A DNA stretch of 28,522 nt from Verrucomicrobiota bacterium (GCA_039815375.1 JBCBZJ010000031.1:1-28522); one strand, 5' to 3'. Counted from the stretch's first letter, positions 8,572 through 18,380 are shown. Numbers and translations: made by a program. The notes: generated by a model from the sequence alone, not told the origin.

Positions 8572-9570
8572 CTAATTCTCCGCTGGTGCGCTGTGTAGGA
8601 AACCGGTTTGTTTTCCGATCATCTCGTCCTGCGTCTTTTTGAAAAAAGTTGAAAGGGCGGGCCTTAGCTCGGGATACTTAAAATTATACCCTTCTTCGAG
8701 CAACTTGCGCGGCACGACCTTTCGGCTCTTAAGAATGAGCTCGGTTTCTGTCTGAATCATTCGTGCTCCAATTTCCAATAGCCAGCGCGGCATCGGAATG
8801 CCTATGTGGTTCCCAATGCCACCGGCATGTTCGCGGAGCGCACGCATGAAGTCCCGGTTCATCATCGGATTGGGGCTCGCGCAGTTATACAGTGCGCCCT
8901 TCAGGTGTCCCTCCAGAATCGCTTCCACAATGCCGCAGAAGTCGTCGATGTGCAGCCAGCTGATGAATTGAGTGCCTGGACCTTGTGGGCCACCAAGCCC
9001 AAGCCGCGCTAGATTCTTCAGCGGGACCATCGCACCCGCATTGTTTCCGAGGGTTATCGCGATGCGTAAACAGACCTTGTGAGTTTGCTTGAGCGTCCAT
9101 CGGTTGAACTCAGCTTCCCATTCTTTGCAGACGGTGACGGAGAAGCCATCCCCAATGATACCGTTGACTTCGTCATTGGCCGGCGTGTTGCCCCTGGTGT
9201 CTGCATAGATCGTAGCGGAGGCTGCATTGACGAAGTATGCGGGTGGTGCTTTTGCATCATGAATCGCCCGTGCCAGAATTCGCGTGCTGAACAAGCGCGA
9301 CTCCATGATGTGGCCCCGGTTCTTGGCATTATAGCGGCAGTCGACGCTGCGTCCACTGAGGTTGATCACGGCATGGGCTCCCTCTAATTCGTCACACCAG
9401 GGGCCCTTAGTCACCCCATCCCAGAAAGCGATCCGGTAGGGCTCGGTTTGGGTGTTGAAGCGGCGACTGAGGACAACGACCTCGTAACCGCGTGCAACGA
9501 GGTGCCTGGCAAGATTGCTTCCGAGGAAACCGTTTCCGCCCGCAAGTATAATTTTCTTAGGCTTAGTCAT
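8572..9570 (-). CDS. TIGR01777-family NAD-dependent epimerase/oxidoreductase (with DUF1731 C-terminus)
   Basis: Rossmann motif GGNGFLG, INLSGRSV, GPQGPGTQFISWLHIDD, and SRKVVPRKLLEEGYNFKYP. Confidence 0.93.
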   Translation of the reverse strand: MTKPKKIILAGGNGFLGSNLARHLVARGYEVVVLSRRFNTQTEPYRIAFWDGVTKGPWCDELEGAHAVINLSGRSVDCRYNAKNRGHIMESRLFSTRILARAIHDAKAPPAYFVNAASATIYADTRGNTPANDEVNGIIGDGFSVTVCKEWEAEFNRWTLKQTHKVCLRIAITLGNNAGAMVPLKNLARLGLGGPQGPGTQFISWLHIDDFCGIVEAILEGHLKGALYNCASPNPMMNRDFMRALREHAGGIGNHIGIPMPRWLLEIGARMIQTETELILKSRKVVPRKLLEEGYNFKYPELRPALSTFFKKTQDEMIGKQTGFLHSAPAEN

Positions 9571-10090
9571 TATTTTGTTTCTTTAAAAATCTAGTTACCA
9601 GGTGAAGAGGTATGAGTCCAAGGAGCCAAAGCGCGACATAGCTATAGCCAAAGCCGAGGTCTAGAATAGCGAGATAGAGCATCGTCTGATGAAGCTCGTC
9701 GAGCCGACCTGCGTTAAGTATAAAGGGCAATGTCGCTGCTATCTGAATCGGTGTGAAGATGAGTGGAATGATCAGAACGGTGCGGAGCCAGCTTCGCCCA
9801 TCATCGAAATCGATTCGTCTCCAGACGAGAAACAGAGTGATCAGGTATTGGACGCCTCCAAAGAGAAGCGAATAAACCAACATGAATCCGATGAAGAGGA
9901 GATCGTGGGCATTCCATGCTCCAAAGTATCTCTCCAGTTGATCGAAGGCGAAGCCGAACGGAGTTAGGAACAAAGGAAGCCAGAGAGGGCTTGTAAGCGT
10001 CCACTTGCGGTAATTCCTTAAAATTCTGCCGGGTTGGTTTACGGGCCTGCTTTTTGGGACATGTGCGGTTGTCTGGTAAGTGGCATTCAT
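9563..10090 (-). CDS. Hypothetical membrane protein (about 4 TM)
   Basis: Hydrophobic segments; overlaps the neighbouring genes on both sides, consistent with translational coupling. Confidence 0.8.
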   Translation of the reverse strand: MNATYQTTAHVPKSRPVNQPGRILRNYRKWTLTSPLWLPLFLTPFGFAFDQLERYFGAWNAHDLLFIGFMLVYSLLFGGVQYLITLFLVWRRIDFDDGRSWLRTVLIIPLIFTPIQIAATLPFILNAGRLDELHQTMLYLAILDLGFGYSYVALWLLGLIPLHLVTRFLKKQNND

Positions 10091-10701
10091 TTTCTTCCAT
10101 CATCTTTCTTTACCGTGGTGCCTCGCTTATAGCCGTCGCAGTATTTGCCCGCGTCCTTCAATGGCAGGGGCGCCTCGTAGTCCAGATCGTTGAAGCTCTC
10201 TTTTGCTCCCCAATTGAAGATCTTTTCGAAATAGGGAAGCCAGCGCGCCTCGGCGATCTCCTCCTGAAAGTAGACCTCATGGGCCTTCTCTTTGATACCC
10301 ATTTCATACAGTGTCGCATCGTGCTCAGTAATGCCCAGCTCGCGAAAGTGACGTAGCATAACGATATATTCGCAGACGTTTCCGCTCTCGAGTCGACCTG
10401 CAAAGAAATAAGGCATAAACCGCCCGATTACATGGCAGCTGAATCCGATCAGCCTGCCGATCAGGTGATATTTCAATTCGAGGAAGCGATTCACGGGAAT
10501 CTCATATCGATCCATGATTTGCTTCACTTCACGCCTGTGGGCCCACTCGTCTTTCTCGATCTCGCGGATTGGTGCACGTTCCGCTTCAGTTTTTAAAGAT
10601 GCCGTATGTCCGATGTAAGCGAAAGCAGCAGCTTTCTCTGCAGAGTATGCGAGCTGTAGGCTCTTGACCAGCTCGGGAGCTTCTTGGATTATCGGATTCA
10701 T
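10087..10701 (-). CDS. Ferritin-like di-iron carboxylate protein, Coq7/CLK-1-like
   Basis: Ligand pattern E22-x6-Y29-x22-E52-x2-H55-x49-E105-x6-Y112-x25-E138-x2-H141. Confidence 0.82.
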   Translation of the reverse strand: MNPIIQEAPELVKSLQLAYSAEKAAAFAYIGHTASLKTEAERAPIREIEKDEWAHRREVKQIMDRYEIPVNRFLELKYHLIGRLIGFSCHVIGRFMPYFFAGRLESGNVCEYIVMLRHFRELGITEHDATLYEMGIKEKAHEVYFQEEIAEARWLPYFEKIFNWGAKESFNDLDYEAPLPLKDAGKYCDGYKRGTTVKKDDGRK

Positions 10702-10709
10702 TGTTATTG

Positions 10710-10733
10710 AACTTTCAGTAAAAAATGAAATAT
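10710..10733. promoter_or_regulatory. Putative operator, internal copy (AACTTTCAGT-AAAA-AATGAAATAT)
   Basis: Shares the 10-nt arm AACTTTCAGT and the arm spacing with the palindrome upstream of the regulator; lies just upstream of the di-iron gene start. Confidence 0.65.
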
Positions 10734-10743
10734 ATGGTGAAAA

Positions 10744-11127
10744 CTAGATTGGTAGCTCCGGTGGGAACTCGTGTTGATTGCGCCGTCCTTTCTTCCGCAT
10801 CTTCGCGAAGTTGAACATGTTGAAGAAGTGCATGCCGCCGAGGACGATCAGGACGATGCCGACCTTTGTCGTCAAATATTCGACTGCGCCAACGACTGTT
10901 TCAGGATGAGTCCCGTATTTCAGGAACATCATTACGAAACCTAGGTTCACGAGGTAGAAGCCCACGCGAAGCAGGTGATTGACGGCTCCGGCCATCTCTT
11001 CATTGCCGTGGAAGGTGTCCACAAGGAAGATTCTACCTGCCTTGAAGAGCGTTTGTGCGACCCAGATTGTCATTGTGATCGTGACGATTCCGTAGAATGC
11101 GTAGGTGGTGAGTATTAAAGTGTTCAT
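10744..11127 (-). CDS. Conserved hypothetical membrane protein (3 TM)
   Basis: Motif WVAQTLFKAGRIFLVDTFHGNEEMAGAVNHLLRVGFYLVNLG; I recall this family as a frequent neighbour of GbsR/MarR regulators. Confidence 0.85.
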   Translation of the reverse strand: MNTLILTTYAFYGIVTITMTIWVAQTLFKAGRIFLVDTFHGNEEMAGAVNHLLRVGFYLVNLGFVMMFLKYGTHPETVVGAVEYLTTKVGIVLIVLGGMHFFNMFNFAKMRKKGRRNQHEFPPELPI

Positions 11128-11149
11128 GTGATTATCTTTGTTTGAAATG

Positions 11150-11665
11150 TTACTTGAAGCGTTTGAGAAGGAAGGGGAGCACTTTGCTCTCCTCAGATCG
11201 TGAAACCTTATTCAGAATGAGATCGGCGGTGCTGACGAAATCGGCAAGTGCTTTAGTTTGCTCGGCGAAGAGCTGCTGTTCGCGATTCTTGGAGTTGAAC
11301 TTCTTGGAGGAGGATGACTTGAGTAGTTGTAGCGCAGGATCGATTTCCCGCCGCTTCCGCTCACGGGCGATGATGCAGAACATCGTCCAGACGTCCTTTT
11401 CGGCTTCGAAATACTCCTTGCGGTCACCGGGGTAGGTGACCTTACGAATCAGTCCCCAGCCAACCAGGTCGCGCAGGTTGCTGTTGGCATTACCCCGGCT
11501 AATTTTGAGCTCAGCCATGAGTGTATTGGTGTCGACAGGATCAACGGCGACCATGAGAACTGCGTGGATCTGTGCCATCGTGCGGTTGATACCCCAATTG
11601 CTACCCAGAGTGCCCCATTGTGCGATGAATGCGGCGCGCGTATCTTTAAAGTCGGTATCTTGCAT
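11150..11665 (-). CDS. GbsR/MarR-family transcriptional regulator
   Basis: Motifs FIAQWGTLGSNWGINRTMAQIHA, the HTH ELKISRGNANSNLRDL, and GDRKEYFEAEKDVW. The start is moved to ATG 11665 because the longer ORF runs through the promoter/operator. Confidence 0.92.
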   Translation of the reverse strand: MQDTDFKDTRAAFIAQWGTLGSNWGINRTMAQIHAVLMVAVDPVDTNTLMAELKISRGNANSNLRDLVGWGLIRKVTYPGDRKEYFEAEKDVWTMFCIIARERKRREIDPALQLLKSSSSKKFNSKNREQQLFAEQTKALADFVSTADLILNKVSRSEESKVLPFLLKRFK

Positions 11666-11668
11666 GTT

Positions 11669-11701
11669 TAAACTTTCAGTAATTACTGGAAGTTTAGTCA
11701 A
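11669..11701 (-). promoter_or_regulatory. 28-bp palindromic operator overlapping a putative leaderless sigma-70 promoter
   Basis: TAAACTTTCAGTAATTACTGGAAGTTTA (11669-11696) has one mismatched pair. On the minus strand, TTGACT (11701-11696) is followed by 18 nt, GAAAGT, 6 nt and the ATG. Confidence 0.75.
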
Positions 11702-11952
11702 TAATAAAAAGCCAGAAAACCAAAAATCTTGGATTTTGGCGATCGAACAATGAGATGCCGGGCATCCGGCCATCAACCGATTGAGGATCGATTGTCATTC
11801 ATTGTCTGAGGATGAAGCGTGAAGAGATATCCCGAGAATCTTCGGTAAACGATCTGCAATATTTCCACATTCCGATAGCAAACAGCTTGATTCGGAGAGT
11901 TAGTGGCATAAGACAAAAACAACTTCGGCGGACTTAAATCACATCCTGTCTC

Positions 11953-12618
11953 ATGAATCTCATTCCGATCTCCTCGCTTAGCAGAAAGCTTGTCTTTCTT
12001 TTGAAACTTCAAGTCGCTGTCATGGCTGTATCGATCCTGACCGGGATCTATGAATACATCGAGTATTCCTCTGTGCCTGAGGACACCTCCTATTACGACG
12101 TCTACTTCACATCGGACACGATCGCAGGCATCGTCGGGCTGATCTTCATGATTATGGCGATCATCATTGGGATCGTCTTCCTCAAGTGGATCTACCGGGT
12201 GAACAAGAACCTCAATACTATGAGCGGAGGCGGCCTAAAGTTTACCCCCGGCTGGTCGATCGGCTGGTACTTCATTCCTTTCGCCAACATTTATAAGCCC
12301 TACCAGGCAATGAAGGAGATTTACTTAACCTGTAAGGATAATCCTGATGCCAAGACCTCGTTGCTCGTGCAATGGTGGTCTTTCTGGATTCTATCCAGCG
12401 CCGTAGGCCAGATCGTCTTCCGCGCAACGTCGGGTGCTGAAACCGTGGGCGATCATCTCGACGGCGTCATTATTTACATGTTTTCAGACGGCATCGACAT
12501 ACTCCTCAATCTCATCGCGATCAAGCTGGTCCTCGCTATCCTCGCCGCTTACCGCCAGAACATTGACGAAAGCGATATCGATCAGATGAACGCGACAGTA
12601 AAGACGATGAAGTCTTGA
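11953..12618 (+). CDS. DUF4328 domain membrane protein
   Basis: Motif WIYRVNKNL...TPGWSIGWYFIPFANIYKPYQAMKEI; several TM segments. Confidence 0.85.
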   Translation: MNLIPISSLSRKLVFLLKLQVAVMAVSILTGIYEYIEYSSVPEDTSYYDVYFTSDTIAGIVGLIFMIMAIIIGIVFLKWIYRVNKNLNTMSGGGLKFTPGWSIGWYFIPFANIYKPYQAMKEIYLTCKDNPDAKTSLLVQWWSFWILSSAVGQIVFRATSGAETVGDHLDGVIIYMFSDGIDILLNLIAIKLVLAILAAYRQNIDESDIDQMNATVKTMKS

Positions 12619-12701
12619 GCTTAAAACTGCTGTTCCGGGCAAAACCCTCAAAATCAGTGAAGCAAAATTGTAATCACGATTTGGATTTCGACCAGCTTTG
12701 G

Positions 12702-13163
12702 CTACTTCGCACAAGGTAGCTCCGGGTCACCGGCAAAGAAAGCAGCGAGCTTCGTCTTCGCCATCGCGACTTCTTCTTCAGTAAGAGACTGATACTTCCG
12801 CTCGTAGCTCCAACCGTAGCCCCAACGATACCAGTTTTTGAAATAAGGACTACCGCCCATTCGCACACCAAGATACATCGCTTCAGCCAAATTAGCATCG
12901 CCGGTGGATTCCAGCACGCAGTCACGGAGTGCTTCATCGGCCGCGAGGCGCTCGACCTCGGTTCCGCCTTTCCAGTAGGCGATGTCGTGCTCCATACAAC
13001 AGACACACCAGTCGTCCGAATTGATTAAAGAGCCATCTGGAAAAAGTGAACAACCGTCACTCGTAAAGTCACTCAGCTCTCCCGATACCTTGAAAGGGAT
13101 GAGGTGGTAGAGCACCACCGCGATGAGTGCGATACTGACTGTCACGATCAACCAAATTCTCAT
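12702..13163 (-). CDS. Exported or membrane-anchored protein with a phospholipase A2-like CCxxHD motif
   Basis: N-terminal hydrophobic anchor; DGCS, CCMEHDIAY, ADEALRDCV, MYLGVRMGG. Confidence 0.7.
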   Translation of the reverse strand: MRIWLIVTVSIALIAVVLYHLIPFKVSGELSDFTSDGCSLFPDGSLINSDDWCVCCMEHDIAYWKGGTEVERLAADEALRDCVLESTGDANLAEAMYLGVRMGGSPYFKNWYRWGYGWSYERKYQSLTEEEVAMAKTKLAAFFAGDPELPCAK

Positions 13164-13296
13164 TCTGTGATCACTCCAGATTCCGAGTAATTCTGCAAGG
13201 TAAGAGGTGAATCAAAATCGCTGAGTATTTTATCCGATTTCGATAAGGACTCATTCGTTTCTTGCCTCTGCAGACTATCGTCATTAGGCAAAGCAC

Positions 13297-14139
13297 ATGT
13301 TTTTCCGAACCTGGTCCCGTTCCTGGGAGTTTGCCAAGCTGAGCTACGGCACGCTCCGTGATCACAAACACCTGATCGTCTTTCCGGTCATTTCAACGGC
13401 GGCTACGATCCTGGTCCTGATGAGCTTCCTGCTCCCCTTGAAGCTGACGGGCACTTTGGACACCTGGCTGGCAAGTATCGATTCGGCCGAGGGAGCTCCG
13501 GAAGACCTGTCGATGTATATCGCAACCTTCGCCTTCTACTTCTGCAACTACTTCGCCATTGTCTTTTTCAACACTGCGCTCATCGCCTCGGTCATGGATA
13601 TCTTTGAGGGTGGGAAGGGGAACCTGAGCTTCGGCCTGAAGTTCGCCGCCAAGCGCATTCATGCCATCTTCGGCTGGGCACTGGTTTCCGCCTGTGTTGG
13701 CATGATTCTTAATGCCCTTGAGCGAAACGAAAAGATCGGTCGCTTCGTCGCCAGCTTGATCGGTTCTGCATGGACCGCGCTGACCTATTTCGTCATCCCT
13801 GTTATCGTCAGCGAAGGCCTCGGCCCCGTCGCCGCGATTAAGGAATCAATGAATGTGCTCAAGAAAGAGTGGGGTACTGCGCTGACCGGTAATTTCTCCA
13901 TGGGCACTTTCGCTTTCCTGCTACTCCTTCCCGTCATCGCGCTGGGCTTCCTACTAGGTATGTCACTTGGCCCTGCTCTCGCTATCGCCGTCTGCGTGCC
14001 CCTCGGCATCCTCGCCGTGCTCATCAGCACCACCGCCGACGCTATCTTCAAAGCCTACCTCTACAGCTACGCCACCGGTAAAACCCTGCCTGATAATATC
14101 GATACCTATGGCATGCGCGATGCGTTTTCGCAGAGGTAA
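13297..14139 (+). CDS. DUF6159-like integral membrane protein
   Basis: Motifs RSWEFAK...LIVFP, IVFFNTAL, IFGWAL, and TYFVIPVIVSEGLGPVAAIKES...KKEWG. Confidence 0.78.
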   Translation: MFFRTWSRSWEFAKLSYGTLRDHKHLIVFPVISTAATILVLMSFLLPLKLTGTLDTWLASIDSAEGAPEDLSMYIATFAFYFCNYFAIVFFNTALIASVMDIFEGGKGNLSFGLKFAAKRIHAIFGWALVSACVGMILNALERNEKIGRFVASLIGSAWTALTYFVIPVIVSEGLGPVAAIKESMNVLKKEWGTALTGNFSMGTFAFLLLLPVIALGFLLGMSLGPALAIAVCVPLGILAVLISTTADAIFKAYLYSYATGKTLPDNIDTYGMRDAFSQR

Positions 14140-14222
14140 ATCTAAAACGGACGAGGGCTAAAAAAGGGGGCAACACAACCTTAGACAAGCTCACGTCAGG
14201 CAATCTAAAGATCGGGGTGGCT

Positions 14223-14433
14223 TGTCTGGAGCAGAGTAATGTGATGCTCGCAGAATCTGGTTGTTATATTCAGAGATTTATCTGAGCTACACCGAGCAGT
14301 TGGGGCAGGTGGCAATTTGACGACCGACGCCTATCTGGCGACGCTGGCGGTCGAGCATCAGGCTGAGCTGCAAAGCACGGACGAAGATTTTGAGAGGTTT
14401 GGCGGCCTACGCTGGCGGAATCCGTTGAAGTAG
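14223..14433 (+). pseudogene. VapC/PIN-domain toxin remnant (3' part only, frameshifted)
   Basis: The frame open at 14245-14433 ends ...GAGGNLTTDAYLATLAVEHQAELQSTDEDFERFGGLRWRNPLK*, a typical VapC C-terminus. There is an in-frame TGA at 14242; the preceding segment LEQSNVMLAESG is in another frame. No N-terminal half is present. Confidence 0.85.
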
Positions 14434-14552
14434 GGATCTGTTTTTTAAGTTTGCACCATAGAGATCGCCGAGTGTGCGGAGTTTTTGTTTCGTGCCCTTT
14501 CCGATTTTGATCGTTGTGCGGCTGAGTAGTGTTTTGCTAAACTTCCAGTAAG

Positions 14553-15017
14553 ATGAGTTCTTCGGAAATAAAAGTCGGCATTGAGGCGGCGTATGCGCAG
14601 GCCCTGAAGAGTTTCAGTGAAGGCGGTGTTCCCGTTGGTGCCTCGCTCTTGATCGACGGTGAGGTTGTTTCGGTTGGGCATAACCAGAGACATCAAAAGA
14701 AGAGTAACATTCTTCATGGGGAGATGGATTGTATTGAGAACGCAGGTCATGATGTGGACTTTACCCGGGCGACGATCTTCTCCTCACTTTCGCCCTGTAT
14801 CATGTGTTCCAATGCGATTCTGTTGTTTCGGATTCCACGCTTGGTTATTCTGGACGACACGAACACTGGGGATTTCGAAACGAATGTAGATTTCCTGCGA
14901 GGCAAGGGCGTCGAGGTCATCATCAAGGAACATGGTCCCTCAATGGAGTTGAATCGACGCTTTCAAACCGAGCCAGAGACCCGCCCGCTCTGGATGGCGG
15001 ATGTAGGGATTTCCTGA
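14553..15017 (+). CDS. Cytosine/nucleoside deaminase (yeast Fcy1-like, CDA fold)
   Basis: EGGVPVGA, then the Zn-binding motifs HGEMDC and SPCIMC. Confidence 0.9.
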   Translation: MSSSEIKVGIEAAYAQALKSFSEGGVPVGASLLIDGEVVSVGHNQRHQKKSNILHGEMDCIENAGHDVDFTRATIFSSLSPCIMCSNAILLFRIPRLVILDDTNTGDFETNVDFLRGKGVEVIIKEHGPSMELNRRFQTEPETRPLWMADVGIS

Positions 15018-15266
15018 GCCGAAGGAAAGAGTCTCTTTTGTTTATAGTGCAGCTACCGATTCGAGGCGAAGAGCTTCGCGAGCTTTTCCTTCTGTCTCAC
15101 CTTTTCAATAAGCAATATTATGCTCCATGCAGAAGGCGCACCAACCTTATGAGTTGATCAAAGAGCTGTCTGGAAGACGTGAACAGCAATTGCTTAGAAC
15201 GCTCACGCCCTGGAGGGAGATGTTATGACAGGGGTTCAAGGACTCGCCGTTGATTACCAATTGTTT

Positions 15267-15295
15267 GCGGAATTTAGGGGTCAAAAAAGGGACAA
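15267..15295 (+). repeat. Imperfect direct repeat, copy 1 (GCGGAATTTAGGGGTCAAAAAAGGGACAA)
   Basis: Matches 16842-16869; contains a tandem GGG(A/T)CAA unit. Confidence 0.7.
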
Positions 15296-15687
15296 TTGAG
15301 TAACCGTCGTGAATCCCTTTCAAATGTGGCTATAGCTGCGGTTAGGCAGAGCACTTTTGCCTGCAAGTTAGCGAAGGAATTTTTTCTCTAGCACGATGAA
15401 CGAAAATTTAATTATAGGCTGCTATTGGTCTAATCGTTTCGCATCAAAAAAGAGCGTGAAGTCTACAGCAAAATTATCGTCTGGGTATCGATCAGGAGGT
15501 AATCACGACGCTCAATTACATGATCCTCTCAGATACATTTGTCAGCGACTATTACCTTTTTCTTTGCAAAACCCCTCTCGTTCTTACTCGCTACTTAAAG
15601 GACTCGCGGGTGGGAAACCGCCTCTAATCTTCAATGTTAATGCTTTAGCTATTACTACAGCTGCTTAGAATATTGGCTAAACTAAGA

Positions 15688-16323
15688 CTAGATCTTTGAC
15701 TTACGTCGTCGCCCACAAACAAATAGTGTGGAGCAACCTAAAATAAGACCAAACGCTGATGGTTCAGGAACAACAGCTCCATTAACTCCCCAAGTGATAT
15801 CAGGAAAAGCGCTTACAGAGGAGAGGTCAAACACTCCAGAACCACTGCTCGGCAAGCCGAGATCAGACAAACTGGTGTTGGCGTAGGTTGCAACAGATGC
15901 AATCGAGTCACCAATTTGTGTCCCAGGAAGAAGGGAGATAGAGTATATGCCTGGTGATAATGCTAAACGGAAGCTACCACCCGAAGTGAATACACCAGTA
16001 GCAGTGTTGGGTATGACTGGCACTGTAAACGGACTACCTGGTGGGAAGACGCTTACAGAAGTATCAACATACTCGTCAAAATTAGCGAAAACCTGCACAT
16101 TCGAAATAAAAACCTGTGTCGATCGCGAATCAACTTGTGTCAACGCTAATCTACCTACGGTTTGAGGCGATACGGATGGCAATTCATCGATGATTCCTGA
16201 TACAGTCACTATTAAGTCAGAGCCAGACTCAGTGAAGTCCAAATTGATAGCTGCGAAGGAATGTGTTGACGTGATGCAAACCCCAAAGGTCAACAGAAAT
16301 ATTCGAGGATAAAAATTTCTCAT
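15688..16323 (-). CDS. PEP-CTERM sorting-domain surface protein
   Basis: Signal peptide, Ser/Thr/Gly-rich body, and C-terminal VPEPS + TM helix + RRRKSK. Confidence 0.92.
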   Translation of the reverse strand: MRNFYPRIFLLTFGVCITSTHSFAAINLDFTESGSDLIVTVSGIIDELPSVSPQTVGRLALTQVDSRSTQVFISNVQVFANFDEYVDTSVSVFPPGSPFTVPVIPNTATGVFTSGGSFRLALSPGIYSISLLPGTQIGDSIASVATYANTSLSDLGLPSSGSGVFDLSSVSAFPDITWGVNGAVVPEPSAFGLILGCSTLFVCGRRRKSKI

Positions 16324-16595
16324 AATTTTAATATGTATCGATATCGATGATGCAAAAGATAAAATAGTAAGGCGATGGCCAATAATCTCTGAGGAGTTTA
16401 CACTGGTTAGTCAATTCAATTCTACAATCTGGAAGCTTTAGTTCGGTAAAACAAATGTCGCCATTATCCTTCGCTGATTGCATCAAGAAATGAGGCAGAT
16501 GCGTTCTATCGCCTGACGCCTGATCGTTTTGAGCACGATATTGATGAAGAAGCCTATAGTGACCTACTCATAGGACGATTACTTCAATCGCATAA

Positions 16596-16790
16596 CCGAC
16601 CCAAATCTTCATTGCCACGCTTAAGCATCATCAGAAAGTTACAGGTTGGGTGACGAACCATAATATACTGCCTGTGCTTGGGAAGTTGCCTGTTATGAAG
16701 ATTGAGCCAATCGAAGTGCTGATTGCTGTTCAAAAGGTGGAGGATATGGGGCTGTCATCCGCTAACGTCGAACTATCAGTCTCAAGTTGA
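16596..16790 (+). pseudogene. Tyrosine integrase remnant (P4-like core-binding/middle domain fragment)
   Basis: A start-less frame encodes KHHQKVTGWVTNHNILPVLGKLPVMKIEPIEVLIAVQKVEDMG, resembling the P4-integrase pattern 'H..KV...LEN.IFP.LG..PI.EI.P.EVL..L.K.E.RG'. Confidence 0.72.
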
Positions 16791-16841
16791 ACACTGGAGT
16801 GGGGCGCACCTAAATCAGCTGTAGTTTAAGTCTTAAATGAC

Positions 16842-16869
16842 GCAGAATTGGGGGACAAAAAAGGGACAA
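16842..16869 (+). repeat. Imperfect direct repeat, copy 2 (GCAGAATTGGGGGACAAAAAAGGGACAA)
   Basis: Matches 15267-15295; lies about 50 nt downstream of the integrase remnant. Confidence 0.7.
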
Positions 16870-17058
16870 AAGTTGGCTATTTTAGGGTATTTTACGGCAT
16901 TTTAGTCCAAATGTGCGAAGTTGGATTATTTTGTAAAAATCTTATAGTCAGCACCATGCATAAAATTTTAATTTCTGCTTGTGTGGCAAGCCGTCACGAC
17001 TGTAAGGATAGCAAGACTGATGATGAACAACCCAATCCTCATGAGCGAGAGTTCCAGC

Positions 17059-18318
<1,260 letters not shown>

Positions 18319-18380
18319 CAAAGCAGTGAGCTTGGTTTCCTAATTTATGACAATGCTTTGTTGATTTAGATTCTATAAAA

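Noticed and set aside
11666..11776. 37-residue N-terminal extension of the regulator in the ORF track
   Set aside because: It runs through the operator/promoter; family similarity begins at MQDTDFK.
15120..15230. PYELIKELSG, weakly like tyrosine-recombinase box II, upstream of the first GGGACAA repeat
   Set aside because: The catalytic His and Tyr are absent and the frames are broken; too weak to call without blastx.
15396..15668. 90-aa plus-strand ORF in the AT-rich scar
   Set aside because: No recognisable motif or protein-like pattern; probably spurious.
16450..16600. Protein-like fragment DAFYRLTPDRFEHDIDEEAYSDLLIGRLLQ
   Set aside because: Possibly another gene remnant, but I cannot assign a family and it has no start codon.
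16870..17058. Search for a tRNA or tmRNA integration target at the island boundary
   Set aside because: No T-loop (GTTCRA) or cloverleaf is visible.
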